The notes beneath the pieces were generated by a model. It saw nothing but the letters and a program-made list of their open reading frames with translations. It did not search any database and was not told where the DNA came from. DNA of 64,000 nt from an uncultured Coriobacteriia bacterium. GTDB lineage: Bacteria; Actinomycetota; Coriobacteriia; Anaerosomatales; PALSA-660. The stretch spans positions 209,214 to 273,213 of the forward strand of contig CAVSCJ010000004.1 of NCBI GenBank assembly GCA_963726435.1, read 5' to 3'. Positions 17,219 through 26,939 of the stretch are shown here, piece after piece; the first letter of the stretch is position 1, and every line of letters starts with the position of its first letter. A program made the position numbers and the translations under genes.

Positions 17219-18427
17219 GTGCAAGCCGGACGCTTGAACAAGGCGCTCCAGCGGCGCCTGACCATCCTGTGGCGTGACCAGCCCAGCCAGGGCGACATAG
17301 AAGAGCTGGCGGCCAACGTCGAGCGAGTGGGGCTGGTCATCAGGTTGCGGTGGGCGACCGTCGCCGCGATCGCCGTCTTCTCGGTACTGGGGATCGGCAT
17401 ATACGGGCTGGCCGGCCAAGCTCCCGCGCTGGCGCCGCGGATGATCATCCCGGGACTCGCACTGCTCTTGGTGCTCGTCTACAACTCCTACTTCCAGCGC
17501 ACCTACCGCAGCTTCGGCAATCTTGCGATCTTCAACACGGTGCAGCTGGTGCTCGACATCCTCGTCGTGACCGTGCTGGTCTACTACTCCGGCGGCGTCT
17601 ACTCGTGGTTCGATGCCCTCTACTACCTCTTCGTGCTGGAGGCTGCTCTGATACTCCCGAACCGGCGCGAGGTTTGGGGCGTGGCAGGTATCGCGGCCGG
17701 CGCCTATGTGCTCGTCGCAGGTCTCGTCTTCTTCGGCGTGATCCCGCATATGGCGATGCCGTTCGTGCAGAACGATCTCCAGCGCGTCGGGAGCTACGTC
17801 GCCGTGCGCGTCCTTTGGACGCTCACCGTGATCTTCGGGGTGGCTACCGTGGGAGGCCTGTTCACCAGCGCGACGCGCGCGCGCGCGGCCGCGCTCGCGA
17901 AGCAGTCCGTGTTCGACATCCGGACGGGGCTCTACGACCGCTCCCACTTCCGGCGCGAGATCGGCACGGAGATCGAGAGGTCGAAGCGCTTTTCGGGCGG
18001 TGTGTCGGTCATCGTCGCTGACATCGACGGGTTCGCCCACTTCAACGAGTTGTTCGGCACGGACGCCGGCAACAGGATGATCGAATTGATCGCGGACTCG
18101 GTCCGCGAGGTCTCCGGGTGTGCCTTCGGTGAGCCGTGCCTCGTGATCGCGGCGCGCTACGGCGGTGAGGAGTTCGCGCTCCTCGTCCCTGAGGACACCG
18201 AGGCGGGAACGGACGGCGAGGCCATGGCGGAGCGTCTGCGCAAGGCGGCGGCGTCCGTTCTCGACGAGGATCGGAGCGTGACCGTGAGCGTTGGGGTCGC
18301 GCGCTACCCGCGCGACGGGCGCACCGCCTCTGAGCTCCTCGCCGCGGCCGACGCCGCCTTGGTGCGCGCCGCGGACGAGGGCGGCAATCGCGTGGTGATC
18401 GGACGTCCCGAGGCCGCACAACCATGA
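17219..18427 (+). CDS. membrane-anchored diguanylate cyclase (GGDEF domain)
   Basis: 402-aa ORF with GTG start. N-terminal multi-TM region and a C-terminal GGDEF domain with the RYGGEEFALL active-site motif. Confidence 0.9.
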   Translation: MQAGRLNKALQRRLTILWRDQPSQGDIEELAANVERVGLVIRLRWATVAAIAVFSVLGIGIYGLAGQAPALAPRMIIPGLALLLVLVYNSYFQRTYRSFGNLAIFNTVQLVLDILVVTVLVYYSGGVYSWFDALYYLFVLEAALILPNRREVWGVAGIAAGAYVLVAGLVFFGVIPHMAMPFVQNDLQRVGSYVAVRVLWTLTVIFGVATVGGLFTSATRARAAALAKQSVFDIRTGLYDRSHFRREIGTEIERSKRFSGGVSVIVADIDGFAHFNELFGTDAGNRMIELIADSVREVSGCAFGEPCLVIAARYGGEEFALLVPEDTEAGTDGEAMAERLRKAAASVLDEDRSVTVSVGVARYPRDGRTASELLAAADAALVRAADEGGNRVVIGRPEAAQP

Positions 18428-19122
18428 TCCGGTGGTCGGCATCGCGCGCGGGTGAGGTGGCGCTCTCCGCGCTGCTGTGGGTCGTCCTGTGCGTCGGGTC
18501 CTCCGTGCTGGCCCTGACAGCCCCGGTCTACACGTCCGCGATGACCCAAGCCGTCGGGGTCCCCGCGTCCTCGGGACTGTCTGCGGACGATGTCGTCCAC
18601 CTGTCCGGAGAGGTCCGCGCCCTAGTGGCCGACGCGACCTACGATCCGCTCCCGGCGACATGGCGGGGCGCCCCGGCTTTCGACGTCGCTTCGGTGAACC
18701 ATCTTATGGACGTGCGAGCGGTCATCTCGGCCGCGCGGCTCGCTTCCGGGGCCGGCGCGCTCCTTCTCGCGGTCTACCTGGCCGTCTGCATCGCGAGGAG
18801 CAGGTTCTCCCGCCTCCGGTCAGGGATGTATGCCGGGGCTTGGGCTCTCGTCGCCGCAGTGGGGCTCGCCGCGGTGGCAGGGCTCTTGGACTTCGACACT
18901 CTCTTCGCCTACTTCCATTCGCTGTTCTTCGCGAGCGGGACCTGGACCTTCCCGTCGGACTCGATGCTGATACGGCTCTTCCCTGAGTCCTTCTGGATGG
19001 CGTCCGGAGCCTCTTGGGCGGCGCTCGTCCTGCTGTTCGCGGGTCTGCTGGCCCTCGCCGGGAAGCGCCTCGTCCCGGCTCTGGAGAGCATGGGTGCTTC
19101 ACGAATGGCTGAGAATGTGTAG
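18424..19122 (+). CDS. TIGR01906/DUF1461 (Lit-like) integral membrane protein
   Basis: 232-aa ORF with an ATGA overlap to the GGDEF gene. Conserved HLMDVRAV and FHSLFF..GTW.F motifs as I remember the family. Confidence 0.7.
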   Translation: MIRWSASRAGEVALSALLWVVLCVGSSVLALTAPVYTSAMTQAVGVPASSGLSADDVVHLSGEVRALVADATYDPLPATWRGAPAFDVASVNHLMDVRAVISAARLASGAGALLLAVYLAVCIARSRFSRLRSGMYAGAWALVAAVGLAAVAGLLDFDTLFAYFHSLFFASGTWTFPSDSMLIRLFPESFWMASGASWAALVLLFAGLLALAGKRLVPALESMGASRMAENV

Positions 19123-19230
19123 AGTGATACGAGGGGCGCACCCGTGAACGTGCGTCGGAGTCAGGTTTGATCGCCCTCACGGGCACGGCAAGGACCGCAA
19201 GAAACGCGCGATGAGGAGGTGGGCTCTAGC

Positions 19231-19377
19231 ATGGCAGGCAAAGAGGGCTACTGCGTCAAGTGCAAGGCCAAGAAGGAAATGAAGGACCCCAAGGCCATCG
19301 TGATGAAGAACGGGCGTCCGGCCACTCAGGGCATCTGCCCGTCCTGTGGAACGAAGATGTTCAAGATCGGCGCGTAG
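19231..19377 (+). CDS. DUF5679-like mini zinc-ribbon protein (48 aa), absent from the ORF track
   Basis: ATG 19231 with GAGGAGG 10 nt upstream. Translation: MAGKEGYCVKCKAKKEMKDPKAIVMKNGRPATQGICPSCGTKMFKIGA. Two CxxC pairs. Followed by a strong hairpin. Confidence 0.7.
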   Translation: MAGKEGYCVKCKAKKEMKDPKAIVMKNGRPATQGICPSCGTKMFKIGA

Positions 19378-19417
19378 AACCACAAACCGCGGCGCTCTGT
19401 GAGTGCCGCTTGTTCGA

Positions 19418-19453
19418 ACAGGAGCCGGACCGCGAGAGCGGGCCGGCTCCTGT
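19418..19453 (+). terminator. stem-loop terminator candidate after the DUF5679-like gene
   Basis: ACAGGAGCCGGACCGC-GAGA-GCGGGCCGGCUCCUGU, a 16-bp stem with one mismatch. The U-tail is weak (CAUGUUCC). Confidence 0.5.
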
Positions 19454-19591
19454 CATGTTCCGCCGCTCGCCCCGCATCTACACGCATTCTTCACGCGCCG
19501 GGAGATTGACCGGCCTTCGCGGGCGGGGGTAGCGTGTAGAACTTGTGTAACGGAGTACGGATGTACGTCGCGAGGGGATGGGGCGAAGCGT

Positions 19592-20233
19592 ATGAACGCT
19601 GTCGTCGTCGGGTGCGGGCGCGTCGGCTCGCAGTTGGCCACGATGCTGTCGGTCGAGGGGCACAACGTCACGGTCATCGACCGGGACGACTCGGCATTCA
19701 AGCGTCTCGGCTCGACATTCAACGGTGTCACCGTCAAGGGCCTCGGCTTCGACGAGGAGGTCCTCGACGAGGCGGGCATCCGAACCGCCGACGTCTTCGC
19801 AGCGGTCACCGACCTCGACAACACGAACCTGATGGCGGCGGAGGTGGCGCGCAAGATCTTCGGGGTGCCTCACGTCGTGGCCCGCCTCTACAACCCGCAG
19901 CGCGAGCGCACCTACCAGCAGCTGGACATGGACTACGTCTGCGGCACGACCCTGGTGGCCGAGAGCCTGCTGGAGAAGATCGAGGCAGGGCACGGGCACC
20001 ACGTCCAAACGCTCGGCGACGTCGAGGTCATCGAGTTCCGCGCGGGCGACGGCGTCGCGGGCAAGCGCGTGCGAGACGTCGAGATGGAGCACCAGTTCCG
20101 GATCTCCGTGCTGTCGCGCGGCAACGTGACGTTCATCCCCCTGCCCGACACGATGCTGCAGCCGGGGGACGTAGTGGTGGGTGCCGTGAAGGAAGAGGGC
20201 TTCGCCCGAGTCGAACGCTACATGGAGGGCTGA
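19592..20233 (+). CDS. trkA: Trk system potassium uptake protein TrkA (NAD-binding + RCK_C)
   Basis: ATG 19592 within ORF 19403..20233. VVGCGRVGSQLA Rossmann motif. Confidence 0.9.
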   Translation: MNAVVVGCGRVGSQLATMLSVEGHNVTVIDRDDSAFKRLGSTFNGVTVKGLGFDEEVLDEAGIRTADVFAAVTDLDNTNLMAAEVARKIFGVPHVVARLYNPQRERTYQQLDMDYVCGTTLVAESLLEKIEAGHGHHVQTLGDVEVIEFRAGDGVAGKRVRDVEMEHQFRISVLSRGNVTFIPLPDTMLQPGDVVVGAVKEEGFARVERYMEG

Positions 20234-20237
20234 GACC

Positions 20238-21053
20238 GTGTTCATCGTCATCAACGGCGGCGGCAAGGTCGCCAGCTTCCTTGCGAACACGCTTCTCGGC
20301 CGGGGGCACAACATCGTCCTGATCGAGAAGCGCGAGACCGTGGCCGAGAAGCTCGCGTCGGAACTGCCGGGACATCCGCTGATCATCCTGGGCGACGGCT
20401 GCGACGTGTCGTTCCAGGAAGACGCCGGTGTCGGTCACGCCGACGTCTTCGCGGCGGTGACCGGAGACGACGACGACAATCTCGTGAGCTGCCAACTCGC
20501 CAAGGTCGCCTTCGGCGTCCCCCGCTGTGTCGCACGGGTCAACAACCCGAAGAACCAGCACATCTTCAACGCCCTCGGCATCGAGGCGATCTCGTCCACG
20601 TCGATCATCGCGAGGATGATCGAGGAGGAGACGGTCGTGGGTGACCTGCGCACGCTCGCCAGCTTGCGCAAGGGCAACATGGCGGTCGTCGAGATCGAGC
20701 TGCCCACCGACCGCTGCGTCGTCTGCGACAAGAAGGTCAAGGACCTGAAGCTGCCGGTCGACTGCGTGCTGTTCGCGATCGTGCGCGGCGAGGATGTCAT
20801 CACGGTCCACGGCGAGACGACGCTGCAGCCCGGCGACGTGATCGTCGCCTTCACGGGCGTCGAGCACGAATCCAACCTCAAGCGCGCGCTGACGGGGAGT
20901 AGCGCGATGGTCGAGATGCCCCGCCCGGAGGCCACGCGGCGCCAGCGGATCGACGACTACGCGCTCGGCATGATGCACGAGAGTCTCTGGATCCTGGGGA
21001 TGACCCTGTTCGCGTTCGTCATGGCCGTCGTCGCAATGGCGGTGTTCAAGTGA
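20238..21053 (+). CDS. trkA: second TrkA-type RCK protein with a C-terminal hydrophobic tail
   Basis: 271-aa ORF. INGGGKVASFLA Rossmann motif. GTGA overlap with trkH. Confidence 0.85.
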   Translation: MFIVINGGGKVASFLANTLLGRGHNIVLIEKRETVAEKLASELPGHPLIILGDGCDVSFQEDAGVGHADVFAAVTGDDDDNLVSCQLAKVAFGVPRCVARVNNPKNQHIFNALGIEAISSTSIIARMIEEETVVGDLRTLASLRKGNMAVVEIELPTDRCVVCDKKVKDLKLPVDCVLFAIVRGEDVITVHGETTLQPGDVIVAFTGVEHESNLKRALTGSSAMVEMPRPEATRRQRIDDYALGMMHESLWILGMTLFAFVMAVVAMAVFK

Positions 21054-22561
21054 TCGTTCGCCCGCGCCTCGAAGACCATCTCGTCATAGGCAAGTACACC
21101 GGCAAGGTCATCGTCGGTGTCGGCTTGCTGATGCTCGATCCCGCTCGCGATGTCGATAGGGTTCGCGGAGTGGGACACGGCGATCGACTTCATCGTCGCG
21201 ATCACCGCCTGCATGGTGTTCGGCTTCGGTCTGCAGATCGTCTGTCGCACGCAGAAGGACCTGTCTTGGAGCCACGGTCTCGTGGTGGCATCGGGCTCGT
21301 GGTTCTTCGCCACGGCGCTGGGCGCGCTCCCGCACTTCCTCTCGGGGCACTCGGGAACGTATCTGGACGCGATGTTCGACGTGATGAGCGGGTACACCAC
21401 GACCGGCCTCTACCTGCTGCAGGACCTGGACCACATCTCCATGGGCCTCAACATGTGGCGGCACCTGCTCACGTACGCGGGGGGCCAGGGGATCGTCGTC
21501 ATCGCGCTCACGTTCCTGTTCAAGGGAACCGCGGGCGCGTACAAGGTCTACGTCGGCGAGGGCAAGGACGAGCGGCTGCTGCCGAACGTCATCCAGACGG
21601 CTCGCGCGATCTGGCTGGTGTCACTGACGTGGCTGGTCGTGGGCACGGCCTATTCCTCGGCGTTCGCGGCATGACGTTGGGACAGGGTCCGTCCGCGCTG
21701 TCTTCCAAGGTCTGTGGGTGTTCATGGGAGCATGGTCGACCGGCGGGTTCGCGCCGCAGAGCTACAACACGTTCTGGTTCCACGACATCGGATACGAGGT
21801 CGATCTGCATCGTCATCTTGATCGCGGGGTCGTTCAACTTCGCTCTGCACTGGGCGATGTGGACCGGCAAGCGCGCACGGAGATCCGCAAGAACGTCGAG
21901 ACCATCTCTTTCTTCGTCACGCTGTCGATCACCACGATGGTCGCGACGTTCTTCCTCGCGAAGGCGAACGTCTATCCGGATGCGATGTCGCTGTTCCGGA
22001 AGGTCTTCTACCAGCTGGCCTCGGGGCACACCACCACCGGCTTCTCGACGATCTACTCGCGCGCCTTCGTCACCCAATGGGGTCCGATCGGCCTGATCGC
22101 TGTCGACGGTCGCGATGGCGATCGGAGCCTCGGCCGGCGTCCACCGCTGGCGGCATCAAGGGCATACGGATCGGCGTCATCAGCAAGGCGCTGCGTGCAG
22201 GACGTACGCCGGATGATCTCGCCCGAGTCGTCGGTGATCATTGGAGAAGTACCACCACATCAAGGATACGTGGCTCACCGACGGCATAGTCCGTGCGGCC
22301 ATGACGGTGACCATCGCCTACGTCACGATGTACGGGATCGTCACGATCATCGGGGTACTCTACGGCTACCCGCTCGAACAGGCCGCGTTCGAGGGCATCT
22401 CGGCAGCGTCCAACACCGGTCTCTCCTGCGGCGTCCTGACGCCGGCGATGCCGTCCCTCATGAAGGTGTCCTACATCCTCGCCATGTGGCTCGGCCGTCT
22501 GGAGTTCATGAGCGTGTTCGCGCTGATCGGCTACGGCGTCGCGGTGGTGAAGGGCAAGTGA
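21050..22561 (+). pseudogene. trkH: TrkH potassium transporter subunit with about nine frame changes (pseudogene or assembly error)
   Basis: A TrkH-like sequence can be followed only by hopping frames 2>0>2>1>2>1>2>0>1>2 at approximately 21133, 21648, 21697, 21808, 21874, 22105, 22139, 22196 and 22241. Example: ...AMAIGASAG | STAGGIKGIRIGVISKAL | ...VRRMISPESSVII | EKYHHIKDTWL.... Confidence 0.8.
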
Positions 22562-22563
22562 TC

Positions 22564-23170
22564 ATGCTGAAGCGGTCCGTCGCAGCGCTCTTCCTGATCG
22601 CGGCTCTTCTGACTCTGCGCGCAGCCGGCCTTGGCAGCGGAGGCGCCCATCCCGAAGAACGACCCGTCGAGCGCCCAACTCGTCGAGCGGCAGAACGTTC
22701 CCGGCGACCCGGCGAAGGGTCTCTACTACAACGGCAAGACTGTGACCTTCGCGGGCGAGGCGATAGGTGAGGTCATGGTCAGGGGCGACTACGCCTGGAT
22801 CCATCTGAACGATGACGCGTACATGGACGTCAACGTCGAGGAAGGCGCCAAGCTCGGCGGCTACAACTCCGGCATGGCCGTGTGGATCCCCTCATCGCTG
22901 ACCGTGCCGATCGACACCTACGGCGACTACAAGCACGAGGGCTCGATCGTGCAGGTGTCGGGGACGTTCAACGCGGCGTGCAAGGAGCACGGCGGCGACA
23001 TGGACATCCACGCGACGACCCTCAGCGTGATCCGCGCGGGGCACGTGGTCGCGGATCCGATCGCGCCTTGGAAGGCCTCTCTGGCGGCTGCTCTGGTCGC
23101 GCTTGCGGCAGTGCTGTTCTGGATCGAGCGCCGCACGCGGAATCGCATCACGCCCCACCGCGGGGTATAG
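22564..23170 (+). pseudogene. exported protein with C-terminal TM anchor; signal peptide and mature part lie in different frames
   Basis: ATG 22564 encodes MLKRSVAALFLIAALLTLRAAG in frame 1. The globular part (AAEAPIPKNDPSS...GYNSGMAVWIP...) runs in frame 2 from about 22631. A one-base shift near 22625-22631 is implied. Confidence 0.5.
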
Positions 23171-23180
23171 GGGCATTCGT

Positions 23181-23210
23181 TTGCCCGCGGGCGCGCCACG
23201 CGGGTACAAT
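23181..23210 (+). promoter_or_regulatory. promoter candidate for tRNA-Gly
   Basis: TTGCCC (23181-23186), 18 nt spacer, TACAAT (23205-23210), about 40 nt upstream of the tRNA. Confidence 0.5.
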
Positions 23211-23249
23211 GGCCGACGCCGCCGGAGTGGACTCACCCAGGCGGCGATC

Positions 23250-23324
<75 letters not shown>

Positions 23325-23341
23325 CGTGATCACTCGAGGCC

Positions 23342-23368
23342 AGAGGCCGCCCCGACGGGGCGGCCTCT
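23342..23368 (+). terminator. hairpin terminator candidate downstream of tRNA-Gly
   Basis: AGAGGCCGCCCC-GAC-GGGGCGGCCUCU, a perfect 12-bp stem. Confidence 0.6.
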
Positions 23369-23506
23369 CGCTGTCTGCGCCACCCGGTAAGGTGCTCGTC
23401 AGTCCCGGGTCAGGCCCTCGGTGTCTGATCGGACGCGTCCACATCAATGATCGTGCGCGGCCGCCCCTCCCTCTCAAGGCGCCGCGAAGAGGAAGGGGCG
23501 TCAGTC

Positions 23507-24421
23507 ATGTCAAGGAAGGGATCCGCAGCCGCCGTGCTCTGCACGGCCGCCGTGCTGAGTCTGGTGCAGCCCGTACGGGCCGTCGCGTCCGGTGGTTGGA
23601 CCTGGCCCGCTGGAGGGGGCGATCGCCGCTAGGTACGGCGAGCGCTACACGTCGGGGCAGGGAGTCTCCTGCACGCACGGGGGCATCGACATCGCCGCCT
23701 CCCCCGGCTCTGCTGGTCCGCGCGGCCGTGGCAGGTGAGGTGGTGTTCTCGGGGCAGGTGCCGGCAGGTGAGGGAGCGCGATCGTGGGCGGTCACGGTCC
23801 TGACGGTCGATGGGCTGAGGGTCACCTACCTTCCCCTGCGGCGCGCTTCCGTCGCGAAGGGCGCGGAAGTCCGGCGAGGGAACCGCGTTGGGCGACCTCG
23901 CGGGCGAGGGCGACTCTTCCAGCGTCGCCTCGCACCTGCATCTGGGCGTGCGGAGGGGCGATGCGCGACTCGATCCACTCTCGCTGCTCGGCGAGCGCGT
24001 GGCCGTACCTGCTGCGCCGAGGCCCGAGACGGCGCATCCGTCGCCGGGCGGCGCCCCGGCAGTCCCTCATGCCGCCCCGGTAGTCCCTCACGCTGCGTCC
24101 TCGTCCGCGCGCGTGCCCGCGCAGGCGGGTACCCCCGCGAGCGCGGGCGTCGCTCGTACGCCCTCGCTGCTGCCGCACGCGTCCATGCCCGGGATCCCGA
24201 CGCTGACGAGGATGCCTCAGGCCTCCGACCTGCCCGTCGTCCGGACCGCCGAAGTGGCGGCGGACGTAGAGGCGACGCGCGACTTCCTTCAGGGCCTGCT
24301 GCTCCGTCTGGGGCTGGCCGGATTGGCTGGCGCGTGTGCCTGGCCCGTGCTGCGCGGCGTGCTGGACGGGCAAGCGACACGCACAGCTGCGGCTGTCGCG
24401 GTGCATCGGGACGGCGTGTAG
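23507..24421 (+). pseudogene. M23-family (LytM-type) peptidase with three +1 frame changes (pseudogene or assembly error)
   Basis: Signal peptide from ATG 23507. The M23 core is readable only across three shifts: GGWTWP.. | IAARYGERY..THGGIDIAASPG | VRAAVAGEVVFSG..VTYLPL | GDLAGEGDSSSVASHLHLGVRRG. The shifts are at the G5 run 23615-23619, at about 23714 and at about 23885. Confidence 0.7.
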
Positions 24422-24486
24422 GAACGCGCGAGAAAGCATCAGATGTGGAGATGCCGGAGTGTCAGAGCGCGGGGTCACCCTGTGTG

Positions 24487-24515
24487 TTGTGGAGCATGCG
24501 ACGCGATGCTACACT
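24487..24515 (+). promoter_or_regulatory. promoter candidate for the rpsF operon
   Basis: TTGTGG (24487-24492), 17 nt spacer, TACACT (24510-24515). Leaves a leader of about 70 nt before rpsF. Confidence 0.4.
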
Positions 24516-24591
24516 TCGGAAGCTCATTTCCTGTTCCGGGCCGCTGCCTTCACAGTCCCGGGGCCGACACAGTCCAAGGGAGGTGAACCAA

Positions 24592-24885
24592 ATGAAGGCT
24601 TACGAACTCATGCTTCTCATCGACCCTACGCTCGACGAGGAGACTCACGCTGCCGTCGTCACCAAGACGACCGGCGTCATCACCGGCCAGGGTGGCACGG
24701 TGGACTCGACCGAGGATTGGGGCAAGCGCCGGTTGGCCTACGAGGTCAAGGGCTTCACCGACGGCGCCTACACGGTCGTCCAGTTCCATGCCAATCCAGA
24801 GGCCGTCGCCGAGCTCGACCGAGTGCTCCACATCACAGACCCCGTGGCGCGCTTCATGATCGTCCGTCGCGACGATCTGGAGTGA
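24592..24885 (+). CDS. rpsF: 30S ribosomal protein S6
   Basis: ATG 24592 with GGGAGGTG upstream. MKAYELMLLIDP... is a typical S6 N-terminus. Confidence 0.95.
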   Translation: MKAYELMLLIDPTLDEETHAAVVTKTTGVITGQGGTVDSTEDWGKRRLAYEVKGFTDGAYTVVQFHANPEAVAELDRVLHITDPVARFMIVRRDDLE

Positions 24886-24948
24886 TGCGCCGCGACCGGG
24901 GGCGACTTTCCCCCGGGATAACCACGCACGAGAGCAGGTGTCATCGAT

Positions 24949-25371
24949 ATGAGCATCAATAGGGTCGTCCTCACGGGCAACCTGACCAGGGACGCGGAAC
25001 TCAAGCAGACTCCTGGCGGGATGGCGATCGCCAAGATCCGCTTGGCCGTCAACGACCGCCGCAAGAACGCAACTAGCGGGCAGTGGGAGGACACGCCGAA
25101 CTACATCGACGTGGTGATGTTCGGATCGCGCGGCGAGTCACTGTCGCGCTTCCTGACCAAGGGAAAGCAGATCGCCGTCGAGGGCAAGATCCGCTGGCGC
25201 GAGTGGGAGAGCCAGGCCGGGGAGAAGCGCAGCGCGATCGAGGTCGTCGCAGACGACATCGAGCTGCTCGGTGGTCGCGGCGACGCTACTGCGGGGTCGC
25301 GGGCGGTCTCCTCTGCGGCGGCCGAGGGCCCCTCGGACGATCTCGCGGACGGCGAGGACATCCCGTTCTAG
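24949..25371 (+). CDS. ssb: single-stranded DNA-binding protein
   Basis: 140-aa ORF with an OB-fold N-terminus (NRVVLTGNLTRDAELK) and an acidic DIPF C-terminus. Confidence 0.95.
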   Translation: MSINRVVLTGNLTRDAELKQTPGGMAIAKIRLAVNDRRKNATSGQWEDTPNYIDVVMFGSRGESLSRFLTKGKQIAVEGKIRWREWESQAGEKRSAIEVVADDIELLGGRGDATAGSRAVSSAAAEGPSDDLADGEDIPF

Positions 25372-25497
25372 GGAAGCGGACGGTGCACGGCCGGCACGGG
25401 GCGGCGGTACCCTCCCGCCTCCCGGTGACTTTCAGATGAAGCCTCGATCTCCACTCGCGACGAGCGAGCGAGACGGGTGAAGGAGGATAGGACGCAA

Positions 25498-25764
25498 ATG
25501 AGTGAGTACAGCCGCAAGCCGAAGCGCAAGTACTGCCAGTTCTGCAAGGACCACTCGGAGTTCATCGACTACAAGGACTCCCAAGGGCTACGGAAGTTCA
25601 TGACCGATCGCGGCAAGATCAAGCCGCGCCGCGTCACGGGCAACTGCGCCCAGCACCAGCACGCGATGTCGATGGCGGTGAAGCGCGCCCGCGAGATGGC
25701 GCTGCTCCCCTACGTCGTACCGGTGATCAGCACCAAGGTCGAAGGCCGGGGTCGCAGGGGCTAG
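25498..25764 (+). CDS. rpsR: 30S ribosomal protein S18
   Basis: ATG 25498 with GAAGGAGG upstream. YCQFC...IDYKD...[12 protein letters not shown] motif. Confidence 0.93.
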   Translation: MSEYSRKPKRKYCQFCKDHSEFIDYKDSQGLRKFMTDRGKIKPRRVTGNCAQHQHAMSMAVKRAREMALLPYVVPVISTKVEGRGRRG

Positions 25765-25765
25765 C

Positions 25766-26723
25766 GTGACGTCCAGCCCAGCCGACATACGAAACGTCGT
25801 TCTACTGAGCGTCGCCACCGCGGCGGCGGGCCTTCTCGTGCCCGGACTCCCCTTCGTGGGGATACCGTTGGCCGCCTTCGCTCTCGGGTGGATCGCCTAC
25901 CGCTACGGGCAGGGCGCCGCGATCGCCGTGGCGCTCGGTTCGAGCGCGGTGGCGGCGGTGTTCGGCCCGACCGCGGTCGGCATCGCCCGCCTGGACGCCC
26001 TGTTCGTCGCAGTCGCGCTGCTCGTCGCGGGACCAGCCACGGCGTGGGCGCTCAGGCGGTATTCGGCCTACAGCGTGGTCGCGGCGGGCACGGCCCTGAT
26101 CTCCGCAGCGTTCCTGCTCGCGCCGATAGGGGCTCAGACGCTCAGCGGCTCCATGGCCTTCATGCGCCAGTTCCTGAACTTGCTGGCGACGAGCGGGCCC
26201 GTGGCCGATCCGGCAGCGATGAAGCAGGTCGTCGCGTCGACCCTCGATCAGATGGCGGCTACGTGGCCGTCCACGGTCGTCTATACGATTGTGCCGGGCA
26301 TGCTGTTCGCGGTGGCGATCGTGTCGCGCGTGGCCCGGTCTGCCGGGATGCGAGGCGAGAACATACCCCGCCCTGGCGGACACTGATCTCTCGTTCCACC
26401 TCGTTTGGCCTGCGATCGCGGGTCTGACGCTGCTGGCTGTCGGGACGTTCTGGGGCCACGGACAGGGGACGGTCTACGACGTCGGGATGAACGTGCTGTT
26501 GATCATCCGCCCCGCGCTGGCGCTCCAAGGGTTGGCGGTGTTCGCAGCGCTTTATCGGAGGATCGGCGTCGGGCGGGTCATGAGGACCATCGGCTTCGTT
26601 CTGCTCGGGTTCACCGAGGTGCTCGTGCCATCGGTCTCGGTTCTCGGGCTGGTAGATCTGTTCCTCAACTTGCGCAAGGCCGAGAGGCGCGGCGCGAAGC
26701 CGAAGGTCGGCCCCGTGTCATGA
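25766..26723 (+). pseudogene. DUF2232/YybS-like polytopic membrane protein with one frame change
   Basis: ORFs 25766..26386 and 26289..26723 are two halves of one membrane protein. The junction ...AGMRGENIP | PALADTDLSFHLVW... lies at a C-run near 26366-26373. It sits between rpsR and rplI, as yybS does in Firmicutes. Confidence 0.65.
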
Positions 26724-26939
26724 CGGGCGCCGCTCGGATGCGGCAGACGACCGCCGGGCGGAAACACCGCAGGTCGGTGGAGAGTGTGGAAATCGCAGGA
26801 AGCGCCGGTAAGCGACCTGTGGACGAAGAAGGGATGCGGGCCAAGACGCCTTGAGAGAGCGTCCGGCCGGTCATAGAGTGAAGGACGCGCCGCGCGTCCG
26901 GGGCCTATCCCGGGCCGTGGCAGAGAAGAGGGCGAAGCA

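Noticed and set aside
19454-19591. Possible c-di-AMP (ydaO-type) riboswitch upstream of trkA.
   Set aside because: I could not find the conserved ACGGGG / CCCGAAUCC-type blocks or the pseudo-two-fold architecture. Only generic GC-rich hairpins are present.
24516-24591. S6:S18-binding leader structure upstream of rpsF.
   Set aside because: A hairpin (CCGGG...CCCGG) exists, but I cannot verify the conserved bulge motif from memory. It is left as untested.
23326-24885. 519-aa ORF running from just after tRNA-Gly into rpsF.
   Set aside because: It is a composite of one M23-peptidase segment, non-coding leader and rpsF read in a single frame. rpsF has its own SD and ATG at 24592.
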